Below are positions 54,801 to 63,608 of a stretch of 64,000 nt of DNA, piece by piece; the stretch's first letter is position 1, and each line of letters begins with the position of its first letter. The translations under genes and the position numbers were made by a program. The DNA comes from Amphiscolops sp. MND2022 (Eukaryota), in assembly GCA_964187785.1 (NCBI GenBank), contig OZ076409.1, positions 88,352,001 through 88,416,000 of the forward strand, written 5' to 3'. The notes under the pieces were generated by a model. That model was given only the letters and a program-made list of their open reading frames with translations. It did no database searches and was not told the origin of the DNA.

Positions 54801-57800
54801 AGATGTGGATCTAAAACATTGGATTTTAGATGTTATTCCCGAAACTCTTTTAGACGTTATTTTTTAGGCGTTATTCACGTCTATACTATATCTTCAGATG
54901 CGAAACTGCTTCTTCTATTCTCGTCTACAAAATTGCGAATATTTATAAGCCTCTCATTTAAATCAGGCCGATAATGTGTCAGGAAAACTGACAGATTTCT
55001 ATCCCCAGATAAATCATATGTCTAGACTGCAAAAAACTCATTGATTCAATTATATGTTTTTTACATGGGATACAAATGCTTTGGAAGTTGCACATGCCTC
55101 TGTTGTTCAGAACTTTTGAAGACGATTTGTATGTGATGTCGTTTTTGCGAAATTGAAGCTTTGTTTAAAACTGTTAAAAACTGCAGCAGAATGCTTCTTG
55201 AATCTCGTCACACCTTTTCAGCCCAGTAACTTTCCGACACTGCGAAAAACTGCGAACTGGTGCTGAGTTTGCTGCCTGCCGAGCCAACGTTGACGTGGGA
55301 CCCTATTACCAGAACTGCATGTTTGACTCGTGCATGGGCAAGAACGAGGGCCAGTTGTCAGACTACCAGTACTGTGACTCGACCGAAGACTTCTTGATGG
55401 CATGTATTGACCAATTTTCCCTGCGCAACGAATCTGAGGCCGATGGAATCATTCCATTGAACTGGAGGGAACTCCCCGAGTACGAGGGAAAATGCATAAG
55501 GACTTGCCCCGGAGGTCTGACCTTCAAGGAAATAAGAGATGTATGTCAAGTGACCTCATGTCAGTCCATCAAATACTGGAACGGTCATGAGATCCCCGGA
55601 TGCACTGACCTGGGTCAACCTGGATGTGAATGCAAGAAAGCAGATTACGCCACCGATTACGAGGGAGTTTGCCAGCCCAGGGAAATGTGCCCCTGTTTCT
55701 TCCAGGGACGAGAAATTGCGCATGGAAGTTTCTTCGAGAAGGGTTGTCAAGACTGCTATTGCAAACAGGGAATCGTCGAGTGCACGTCTGATAGATGCGC
55801 CGATGAGTTGTGCGATGCCTCAAAGGGTCTCGTTTTGAAAATGGGTATGTGACCTGACAACCATTTAGTTGATGGGTTAAAATTTTTTTAGATATTTCAA
55901 AAACAAATAATAAAGGCTTTTAAACAACCTTGAAATTGCAATCTGAATGACATGTGTATCAGGAAATCTGAACAAAACCTTTGCTAGGATCTAAATGTTT
56001 ATGAGTGAATAATTTGAGTCAATTTAAGCTTCAAGAAAAAGCTGACAAAAGTTGAGAACAGACAATTTTCAAGAAAAAAGTTGACAAAATTGACCAGTTT
56101 CAGAGCAAGATATCAAAGTTAGGGTCTTTAATCTTTTCAATCGAGAATGATTGTTGACTTGTCACAGATTACAACGACTGTCCCAAGACATGTGAGTCCG
56201 CTTACCACGAGCGACAGTTTGGAGAAACGGACAATTGTCCCGAATTCGAGAAAGTTGCCGCCGCCTGTATTTGTGAAGGAAACAAAGTTCTCTACGTGAG
56301 TGCAATCCAGTATAAATTATTCGTAATAACTTCCAAAAACAATGTCAAATAAAGTTATCACTCTGATTTTTTAAAAAATAATCAATGGTATTACATGAAG
56401 TTCTATGAAAAGATTCTTTAGATTTGATCAAAGTGCTCTCAGTACATTTTATAAGTTCTTACATAAAGTTCAATGAAAAGTTTTTTTTATTCCATCAAAG
56501 TGTTTTCTGTACATTTTACAAGTTCGAGGGATCAGCCTAATCGAAGAATTGTTAATTCAAGCTTAAACCTTCTTGATTGTTTAGAATGACGAGTGTATTG
56601 ACCCTGGATCGTGTCCCTGTGAACGAGAAGGTGTGAAATATGCCAACGGAGAATCTATCCGGTACTTATTCCATTTGTTTCGTTTTTTTTTGTCACCTAA
56701 AAGTTACTGAGATTGCTTGGTTCGATCACCTGATCTGCTGAAAATCCTGATCACCATCAACGCTGAAAATACCAACTGCCAAAATAAAGATGAAAGAAAG
56801 GACTTCTAATCTTGTATACACTGCGTTTACAAAACGTGAGCTTTTGAAAAATAACATCTTTCGCAGAGTAGTGCCCTTGTGGAACACCATCCCGCGGAAA
56901 ATAATAGATAATGCTCAAAGTCATGAAAACATGAAAAGAAAACTGAACAACACTTCCATCGGAAGTTCATTCATGAAGCTGATTGGCCACAATTTAGTCG
57001 AAAATGTCGGAGTGAGTATCGCTTCAAAAAGGAAACAGACAACTATCCTATTTTTAGTCGGCGAATTCTAACAAAATGAGCCCGACTATTACAGTGGAAT
57101 TTTTTGTTTTTTTTTTCGTCAGATAATAGAATGTATGCGTAATGTACACTTTTTACAGAACTAGTAAACTACTGGACCGGTAAACGGAAACGCATCTAAG
57201 TTAGTGCAAAGGGACCCCCTTTCATTTACTCCCTTTTCAACGTAAGATACAAAACCGGACGAGACTATAGGGTCCCCTTTGATTTTTTTTCGGCACTGGG
57301 CGACTTTTTTTCGAATTTTTTTAATGTCTCCAAAGGGCCCCCTTCAATGTTTGGTGATTCATCACTACTACAACTAAGCTACTAAGGCCTTGTGAACAAA
57401 GTCTGAAAGATCATTGTTTCTCAATCAATAAAGCCTAAACAGTAAGTCAGAATTTGCCGGCAAATACTTAATAGTTTCAAGAAGTCAAAAGCCCTCTCTA
57501 TATTATGGTGCCGCAAAAAGCTACAGAATCTACCCAGCAGCAGATCTTCAAACGAGTCTTCACAGTATAAAAGCTAAGTTTTTTTTTCTTTTCATTGCAC
57601 TTTTTTGCTCTCCCTTTCGAAAAGTCACAAGTTATTCTACAGAGTTTATTTCCCTTTACAGTTGTTAAAATCTCCTTAAAGTCAGATACTAAAGCCAGAT
57701 ACTAAAGTCAAGAAGTTCATATTTTACCATTTGTCGAAGTTAGTTATATTTCTTTTCAAAAATGGGTGATGTTAACACCCGGTCTAGAAGTGCATATCGT

Positions 57801-60800
57801 GGCTTGTGCACACGATATTTCAATGAGGCCCGAAACATCATGGATTCAGCTAGTATTACAACGGCTCAAAGTAACCGCCTCAGTCAGATTATAGCGCTAA
57901 TGGAAAAACGTTTGAGCGAAATTCAAGCATTGGATTCCCAAATACATGCCTCTTTACAAATCGATGAGATTGAAGCAGCAATAACATCTTCTGCTGACTT
58001 GAATGATCAAATTTTCATCAATATCGACACAATAAAACGTTTCCTTCATAATTTCAACCAAACCGCCGAATCTACTGGCGTTAGCACTTCTGCCTCCTCA
58101 CATACAATGAACAGTAATGCAAACAGGAACAATACAAGATTACTAAAATTGAATCTTCCTACTTTCAGTGGCAATTACAAAAACTGGACGTCTTTTTTTG
58201 ATCTTTTTACCAGCTCCGTTGATTCAAATTCTACTTTAACCAATTCACAAAAACTGCAATATTTGAAAGCTTCTTTAACAGCTGACGCCGCCAAACTTTT
58301 GTCCTCTTTTACTGTAACGGATAATAATTATGAAACTGCACTCGATGTTTTGAAAAAACGTTACAACAACCCACGTATGATTGCTCGAGCTCATGTCCAA
58401 AGTATTTTTGATTTGCCAAAAATGCGAAACGACAACGGCAACGACTTGCGGAAACTGATTGAAGGAATAGAAGAACATCGTTTAAGTTTGCAAACATTGG
58501 GTCTGCCGGTGGAACATTACGATCTCTTTCTTATCTTTCTCGTGACAGAACGGTTAGATTTAGAAACTCGACGGCAATGGGAAATTGCTTCACCTGGGAC
58601 AAGCTTGCAAACATACGAAGCACTAAAAACATTCATCGAGACAAGATGCAATGCCCTCGAAGCATCAACGCCCAGTCCGAAACAGTTTTACAGTGAACAC
58701 AAAAATCAATCGCAACAGAACAGTCAACAACATAATCAAAGTTATGCAGGAACACAGTCCATCGAAACTTGCCTTTGTTGTGGACAAGAACATAGACTTT
58801 ACACTTGTCCTAAGTACAATGGACTGACTATTGACGAAAAGACAGACTTTATAAAAGAAAAAAGATTATGCTTCAACTGCCTTCGGTACGGACCATCTTG
58901 GTTATCCGAAAAGTCGTCATGGCCACATTCTCCAATTACTCCAGCTGGTATTTTCTCAAATCAAACAGACGAGGCTATTATTTCGACTTGTCAAACCAGC
59001 CACCTTCAATCAAATTTTGCTTTTCTCGATTTTGACAGATTCACTAGCTTTAGAAAAATGGTTAGAGTTTTTTGTTACATTTTACGCTTTTTAAATTTGA
59101 TCAAAACAAAACAACGCGGTCACTACATTCCAAATGTTCCAGACATTCATTCCGCCTCCATCAAACTTTTACAACTCATTCAATCGAATGACTTGAAAGA
59201 TGAAATTGCCCTGTTACAGAGTCAAGATATTTTACCTAATAGTAATTCTTACAAAAATCTTGCTCCATTTCTAGACCCTGCCACTAAATTAGTTCGAGTT
59301 GGTGGTCGTTTGACCCAAGGTGACTTTTCAGAACTGAAGAAACATCCTGTTTTGATTTCGAAGGATTCGATAATTGCCAAAATGTTAATTGCAGATGCTC
59401 ATTTCGATACTTTACATGGTGGAGTTGATTTAGTTCTGAACACAATTAGGCAAAAGTATTGGATAGTAGCTGCCAAGCCCTTGATCAAATCTTACATAAA
59501 AAATTGTGTGACCTGTAGTCGATTCACTTGTACCGAGCCATTTCGACTTATGGGTGATCTTCCCGTAGAAAGGATTTCAGCAGTTCGTGCTTTCAATGAC
59601 ATTGGAATGGATTTTACTGGACCTTTTTTAGTAAGGTTTTCTCCCACTGTGAAGGACCCTGTGAAAGTTTACGTTTGTCTTTTTGTTTGTATGTCTACGA
59701 AAGCATGTCATTTAGAGGTTGTTACATCTCTACATGAAGAAGCGTGTCTAGCAGCAATTGCACGTTTTTGCGCCCGGCGAGGCCGACCAACAAAAATCTT
59801 CTCTGATAATGCAACTAATTTTCTCGCCTCCAGAACAGACTTAGACAACACTTTTGAAATTGATGCTTTCAATCGACACATGAAGCAGAACTTATCAGCA
59901 AAAGCAATCGAATGGTTAGTTATACCAGTACATGCACCACATTTTGGAGGTCTTTGGGAGACATCAATCAAGTCCATGAAACATCATCTTCGAAAAGTCA
60001 TGAAGAAGCATATCCTACTAATTGAGCATTTCACAACCTTAATCACACAAATCGAATGCATGCTGAATTCGAGACCATTGACAGCCCTTTCCACTGACCC
60101 TAATGATTTGAGCGCTCTAACTCCAGGACATTTTTTAATTGGCTCGCCAATCAACCTAATTCCTGACCTGAATTCCAAAAAGACAATTCGTTTGGGCAAC
60201 CTCAGAGATTTTCAGCAAATGCAGACTATAAGAAACCAGTTTTGGAAAGAATGGCATCGAAATTACATTACCTCTCTGCAAGTTAGAAAAAAATGGTTGA
60301 ACGATAGTAACAGCTTCAACATAGGAGACCTTGTACTAGTAGCGGAGGATAATTGTCGAGTTCTTGATTGGCCTCTCGCTCGAATTACCAAACTTTTCAA
60401 AGGAAACGATACCCGCACACGTGTAGTGGAAGTTGAAACTGCAAAATGGGTCAGCAACAGACCCATTGTTAAACTGAGGAAATTACCCCTTTAAAAGGTT
60501 GCTTACTGGCAATTCAATTCATTTTATTCGGAAGCTTGTAATCATAATCACTTGTCAGTCATTCTTTTAGTTACATTATCGCCTTCCTAGATTGTTTATT
60601 TGTTCTGAGCATCTTAGCATTAAAGCCGATGTCTTCCTGGTGCTCACACATTCATTCATTCATCTCATACCATTATTGGAGTTTCTTTATAATCATCAGC
60701 TGTTTTTTCAGCAGTTCTTAATTGACTTTGTTTCAGTAACTACGCCAATTGCTTCCCCCCTCTTGCCATTTTGAACCTGTTAGTTCAAGGCGTGGGAGAA

Positions 60801-63608
60801 TATGGTGATTCATCACTACTACAACTAAACTACTAAGGCCTTGTGAACAAAGTCTGAAAGATCATTGTTTCTCAATCAATAAAGCCTAAACAGTAAGTCA
60901 GAATTTGCCGGCAAATACTTAATAGTTTCAAGAAGTCAAAAGCCCTCTCTAATGTTTTTGACATTTTGCAACAAACTGGATTTTTAAAAAGCCGAAAGGG
61001 TGCCCCCTTTTACAATATTAAAATTTTTGCTCTTTTTGAGCCTTAGATATAGCGCCGACTTTAGACGCTCCCGTCTTGTTATATTACCCCTTGCTATAAT
61101 TTGTCCCCGCTGTGCTGCCTTAATTTTTAAATCTGAATTTATTACTATTTTTAGGTACTTTACCTCTTGTAAATGAAAATATATTTTGATTTTTATTTAA
61201 CAAGCGGAATTCTAGTGTTTTTTATCTGATCTCAAGTGTATCCTTATTCCTCAGCCTAATTAATAAGTGTCTTTGTTTCCAGAGTCGGTTGCCACAACTG
61301 TCTGTGTAACGGAGGTGGTTGGGAGTGCAGCGAGAGCAGCGAGGGGTGCCAGACTGTCTGTACCGCCTGGGGCTCCCAGCACTACCAGCAGTTCGATGGC
61401 AACTACCACTCCTTCCACGGCCTCTGTCCCCTCATCATGGCCGAGAGTGACGACGAAACACGCCGTGTCATTGTGAGTGCCATATCAAACTTGAAAAAAA
61501 TACATTCAAACCAGAGATGTGATCGCTAACTATTTTATCACTAATCGCTAACATCATTAATGGCTCGATTTCATCGCTATTGCTAAAACAAAATGGGTTC
61601 GCTAATCGCTAACGCTATCGCTAATTAAAAAACTGATTTTCAAGATATTCGTTTAAGTTTTAGAGTTGTACTTTAAAGTTGTACTTTTAATTAAAAGTAA
61701 CAAACTTTGGAATTTTCTGGGCAAAGTCTAGTTCGCCTTGGGTGCTGCACATTGCCGGCCACACTGAATAACCGTTCGACCGAAGCTGTACTGGGTAAAG
61801 CAGTCAAAATTTTCTGGATCAAAATTGTGAATGACGATTGGGTCCAATGGACCGATCTTTATCAGCAGAAATATTTGACAATGGCATATATAGAAATAAC
61901 GGTTTAGTATCATTTCACCCCAGGTTCATTTCACCCTATATCATTTCACCCCAGGTTCATTTCACCCCACGTTCATTTCACCCCAAATTCATTCACCCCA
62001 CATTCATTTCACCCCACATTCATTTCACTCCACATTTAAATTATCAAAAGCGTCTCAGATTAATCACTAAAGCCGCCCTTAGCTTACTAATTTCAATCTT
62101 AGCGCTAATAGAAAAACGTCTTGGTTCTAATTACCAATTAGATAAGCAAACGATGCTTGCTATGTGAACCACAAAATCGGAACGGAAAAGTTTCACTTAT
62201 CGGAATTGTAATACTGCTGAACAAGGAGCTCAGAAAAATCATTTTTTCTGTCAATCAAAATCTACAATTATGGATGCTGCGAATCTTCAGCAAAAAATTC
62301 CTTATTCCGTTTTCCTACGGCAAAAAAATTCCTACAGGCCAGAAACCTCAAAGCTAACTCAAAAACAGTTGGCATCAAAGTTTAATTGTTGATTGGCTAA
62401 TTAACGTGAGACGCTTTTGTATAATTACAATATGGTGTGAAATGAAAATGGGGTGAAATAAACATGGGATGAAATGATTGTGGGGTGAAATGAATGTGGG
62501 GTGAAATGAACGTGGGGTGAAATGAATGTGGAGTGAAATGATATGGGGTGAAATGATATGGAGTGAAATGATTTTGGGGTGAAAAGAACGCACACCGTCA
62601 TTTGTGACCTTTTTAGCAAATGAAATCGTTTGCTAACGATTTAATTTGTCGCTAACTATCGCTATCGCCTATTCGTCCTGAATTGTCGCTAGCGCTTCCA
62701 CTGTCGCTTTCGTTGTCACACCTCTGATTCAAACGCAGTACAGATGTATGATTTCAGGCTAATTATACAGGGTCTTTCAGAAATCATGTGTCAACTTTAG
62801 TTTCAGATATCTCAATAACTACTATTCAGAACGTAACGATTTAATCGATTTTCAACCTTATATGGAACTTTTGTTTCTGATACATCAAAAGTTTATTCAT
62901 CTACACTAGGTTCTGGAAATGACCTCCATTCTGATCTTCAAACAGCTGTAATCGCTTCCGAATATTTGCAAGTTGGTTCATGACCGGAAAGTGTGTAAAA
63001 TTGAGCTTAGCAATAAAATCGAACGAAACAAAACAAACATCAATCAAAAGTTACAACGTTTCTCTATAAAACCTTAAAAAACATTCTTGTTAAATTTGAC
63101 CAATTTCTCACAATTTGACGATAGTTTTGACACATAATTTCTGAAATACCCTGTAGTATGATCATGCATGTATATGGTAAACAGGATGACCATACGGTGG
63201 ACTATATATGTAAAAGAAGATGTCGTTTCATAGAAATCTTTGCAACAAATTTTCGCAACGTAAACTTTTGGTGTCAAATGAAAACCATTCAGCCGAAAAT
63301 TCTCAAACAAAAATTCTTTTTTTAATAAACTTCGTATATCTTTGTTGAGTTTCAAGTCGGTGTGTTTGCCCAGGTGGAGAATGTGCCATGTGGAACTAAC
63401 GGAGCGGTGTGCAGCAAGCAGATTTCGATCAGTCTGAACGGGGGAGCGGTGGAGATCATTCTGCTGCAGGGCAGAAACGTCACCATGAATGGAAACGAGA
63501 TCCTCGTCCCTTACGACACAGCCACGCTGCAGATCTACAGACACGGAACCATGACTGTGGTCATGAGCAAGACGTCCGATTACGAATTCACTGTCGAGTG
63601 GGACGGAG
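39777..63608 (+). CDS. Secreted VWD-C8-TIL (D-assembly) glycoprotein, gel-forming mucin / SCO-spondin / hemolectin / VWF-like; 5' part, continues beyond window
   Basis: 19 phase-compatible GT-AG exons: 39777-39826, 40436-40495, 40833-41137, 42462-42661, 43793-44000, 46354-46574, 47038-47181, 48016-48187, 48843-48944, 49556-49709, 50334-50475, 51098-51297, 53762-53921, 54492-54676, 55222-55844, 56168-56295, 56585-56661, 61283-61472, 63374-63608. Motifs RTFDN, GLCGNFD, HYRTFDG, GLCGFYN, HYQQFDG, VENVPCG...CSK. Confidence 0.9.
40436..40495 (+). CDS. VWD gene exon 2
   Basis: cttcag|T...GA|gtgagt, phase 2/2. Confidence 0.7.
40833..41137 (+). CDS. VWD gene exon 3 (EMI-like, RCCSGWIGELC)
   Basis: tttcag|A...G|gtaagt. 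Confidence 0.85.
41258..41851. repeat. Element built of TCTTGCAAGA palindromes (related copy at ~53998-54190)
   Basis: Repeated CTTGCAAG motifs on both sides of a hAT MITE insertion. Confidence 0.6.
41328..41709. mobile_element. hAT-type MITE
   Basis: TIRs CAGAGTTTTGACA / TGTCAAAACCCTG, 8-bp TSD CCTGCAAG / CTTGCAAG, TTAGCG subterminal repeats. Confidence 0.8.
42462..42661 (+). CDS. VWD gene exon 4 (start of VWD1)
   Basis: TCATNGDFAIRTFDNQ...SCRYVLAKD. Confidence 0.88.
42950..43200 (+). mobile_element. tRNA-derived SINE with CORE-like motif
   Basis: A-box TGGCATAGTGG, B-box GGTTCGAAT, then CCTTGAGCAAGTC twice (TGTGACCTTGAGCAAGTCA). Confidence 0.65.
43464..43760 (+). mobile_element. 3' fragment of HINE family A-related element
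   Basis: Similar to 25921-26160, ends GGCCGTTCCCGGCTTGTT. Confidence 0.65.
43793..44000 (+). CDS. VWD gene exon 5
   Basis: tttcag|ACG...A|gtgagt. Confidence 0.85.
46354..46574 (+). CDS. VWD gene exon 6 (DGLCGNFDDNPYND)
   Basis: VWD C-terminal motif, GT-AG. Confidence 0.9.
46609..46852 (-). mobile_element. Internally deleted HINE family A copy
   Basis: AACAAGACG start, TTTCACTTTATGAAGCGCCCACTAAAA end. Confidence 0.65.
47038..47181 (+). CDS. VWD gene exon 7 (C8)
   Basis: ttgcag|TTG...TCG|gtaagc, YCAKLKDANTFGEC. Confidence 0.85.
48016..48187 (+). CDS. VWD gene exon 8 (C8)
   Basis: ACSLIELFVCHC...NWREAVAC. Confidence 0.88.
48308..48790 (-). mobile_element. HINE family A-related copy with tRNA-like module
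   Basis: ACGGGAACGGCC end, minus-strand TAGCAGAGAGGTTA...GGTTCGAGTCC. Confidence 0.55.
48843..48944 (+). CDS. VWD gene exon 9 (TIL)
   Basis: CPGEMKSYRSSGPSCTPQCRNP. Confidence 0.88.
49556..49709 (+). CDS. VWD gene exon 10 (TIL/E)
   Basis: PGCFCPDG...CVTPEQCHC. Confidence 0.9.
50334..50475 (+). CDS. VWD gene exon 11 (start of VWD2)
   Basis: CLVTGHPHYRTFDGKWYNFYGTCDYILAK. Confidence 0.92.
51098..51297 (+). CDS. VWD gene exon 12
   Basis: tttag|GAT...GA|gtaagg, ITVNGQTQTELP. Confidence 0.85.
51627..52189. mobile_element. MITE with inverted arrays of CATTTCACCCC (copy 1)
   Basis: Left TTCATTTCACCCC units, right GGGGTGAAATGAA units, internal region shared with 61900-62597. Confidence 0.8.
52451..53335 (+). 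mobile_element. HINE family A, long copy
   Basis: TTTAGTCGGCGC...GCGCCGACTTTAGACGTTCCCGTCTTGTTT. Confidence 0.8.
53762..53921 (+). CDS. VWD gene exon 13
   Basis: ttccag|G...AAA|gttagt, ITINIPPHFEGK. Confidence 0.88.
54492..54676 (+). CDS. VWD gene exon 14 (VRGLCGFYNNKIADDF)
   Basis: VWD2 C-terminal motif, GT-AG. Confidence 0.9.
55222..55844 (+). CDS. VWD gene exon 15 (C8-TIL-E)
   Basis: PYYQNCMFDSC...NWR...CPCFFQG...CQDCYCKQG. Confidence 0.92.
56168..56295 (+). CDS. VWD gene exon 16 (TIL')
   Basis: DCPKTCES...CICEGNKVLY. Confidence 0.88.
56585..56661 (+). CDS. VWD gene exon 17
   Basis: NDECIDPGSCPCEREGVKYANGESI. Confidence 0.88.
56780..56990 (+). pseudogene. 3' end fragment of CR1/L2-type LINE ORF2
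   Basis: IFRRVVPLWNTIP matches the C-terminal F-x-R-V-V-x-x-W-N-x-L-P motif. Confidence 0.55.
57352..57500 (+). repeat. 5' LTR
   Basis: Direct repeat of 60803-60951 with one mismatch (57378 G vs 60829 A). Confidence 0.95.
57762..60494 (+). CDS. BEL/Pao Gag-integrase fusion polyprotein, 910 aa
   Basis: Gag (LKLNLPTFSGNYKNWTSFFDLF, DUF1759-like), Zn knuckles CLCCGQEHRLYTC and CFNCL, then GPSWL, VRVGGRL, HHCC (AHFDTLH...CVTC), DDE (GMDF, FSDN, WET) and C-terminal DUF5641-like (WPLARI...RPIVKL). Confidence 0.93.
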   Translation: MGDVNTRSRSAYRGLCTRYFNEARNIMDSASITTAQSNRLSQIIALMEKRLSEIQALDSQIHASLQIDEIEAAITSSADLNDQIFINIDTIKRFLHNFNQTAESTGVSTSASSHTMNSNANRNNTRLLKLNLPTFSGNYKNWTSFFDLFTSSVDSNSTLTNSQKLQYLKASLTADAAKLLSSFTVTDNNYETALDVLKKRYNNPRMIARAHVQSIFDLPKMRNDNGNDLRKLIEGIEEHRLSLQTLGLPVEHYDLFLIFLVTERLDLETRRQWEIASPGTSLQTYEALKTFIETRCNALEASTPSPKQFYSEHKNQSQQNSQQHNQSYAGTQSIETCLCCGQEHRLYTCPKYNGLTIDEKTDFIKEKRLCFNCLRYGPSWLSEKSSWPHSPITPAGIFSNQTDEAIISTCQTSHLQSNFAFLDFDRFTSFRKMVRVFCYILRFLNLIKTKQRGHYIPNVPDIHSASIKLLQLIQSNDLKDEIALLQSQDILPNSNSYKNLAPFLDPATKLVRVGGRLTQGDFSELKKHPVLISKDSIIAKMLIADAHFDTLHGGVDLVLNTIRQKYWIVAAKPLIKSYIKNCVTCSRFTCTEPFRLMGDLPVERISAVRAFNDIGMDFTGPFLVRFSPTVKDPVKVYVCLFVCMSTKACHLEVVTSLHEEACLAAIARFCARRGRPTKIFSDNATNFLASRTDLDNTFEIDAFNRHMKQNLSAKAIEWLVIPVHAPHFGGLWETSIKSMKHHLRKVMKKHILLIEHFTTLITQIECMLNSRPLTALSTDPNDLSALTPGHFLIGSPINLIPDLNSKKTIRLGNLRDFQQMQTIRNQFWKEWHRNYITSLQVRKKWLNDSNSFNIGDLVLVAEDNCRVLDWPLARITKLFKGNDTRTRVVEVETAKWVSNRPIVKLRKLPL
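60803..60951 (+). repeat. 3' LTR
   Basis: Direct repeat of 57352-57500. Confidence 0.95.
61283..61472 (+). CDS. VWD gene exon 18 (E' and start of VWD3)
   Basis: CHNCLCNGGGWEC...CTAWGSQHYQQFDG. Confidence 0.92.
61512..62726. mobile_element. hAT-type non-autonomous element containing a nested MITE
   Basis: TIRs CAGAGATGTGA / TCACACCTCTG, perfect 8-bp TSD ATTCAAAC, ATCGCTA subterminal repeats. Confidence 0.88.
61900..62597. mobile_element. MITE with inverted arrays of CATTTCACCCC (copy 2)
   Basis: CGGT...ACCG termini, more repeat units than copy 1. Confidence 0.8.
62768..63153. mobile_element. Tc1/mariner-type MITE
   Basis: TA|CAGGGTCTTTCAGAAATCATGTGTCAA ... TTGACACATAATTTCTGAAATACCCTG|TA. 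Confidence 0.85.
63374..63608 (+). CDS. VWD gene exon 19 (VWD3)
   Basis: VENVPCGTNGAVCSKQI...TVEWDG, donor G|gtaaaa. Confidence 0.92.

Larger units (their letters stand above)
57352..60951 (+). mobile_element. BEL/Pao LTR retrotransposon, non-autonomous (Gag-integrase only)
   Basis: 149-bp LTRs, 5-bp TSD ATGTT (57347-57351 and 60952-60956), PBS-like TGGTGCCG at 57506, purine-rich tract AAGGCGTGGGAGAA before the 3' LTR. Confidence 0.95.
57051..61080 (+). mobile_element. HINE family A copy split by the BEL/Pao insertion (57051-57351 and 60952-61080)
   Basis: TTTTTAGTCGGCG start, GCGCCGACTTTAGACGCTCCCGTCTTGTT end. The halves are colinear with family A subrepeats in 52451-53335. Confidence 0.8.

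Noticed and set aside
57762..60494. Domesticated host gene derived from Gag/integrase
   Set aside because: Near-identical LTRs and an intact TSD indicate a recent insertion rather than an old exapted gene.
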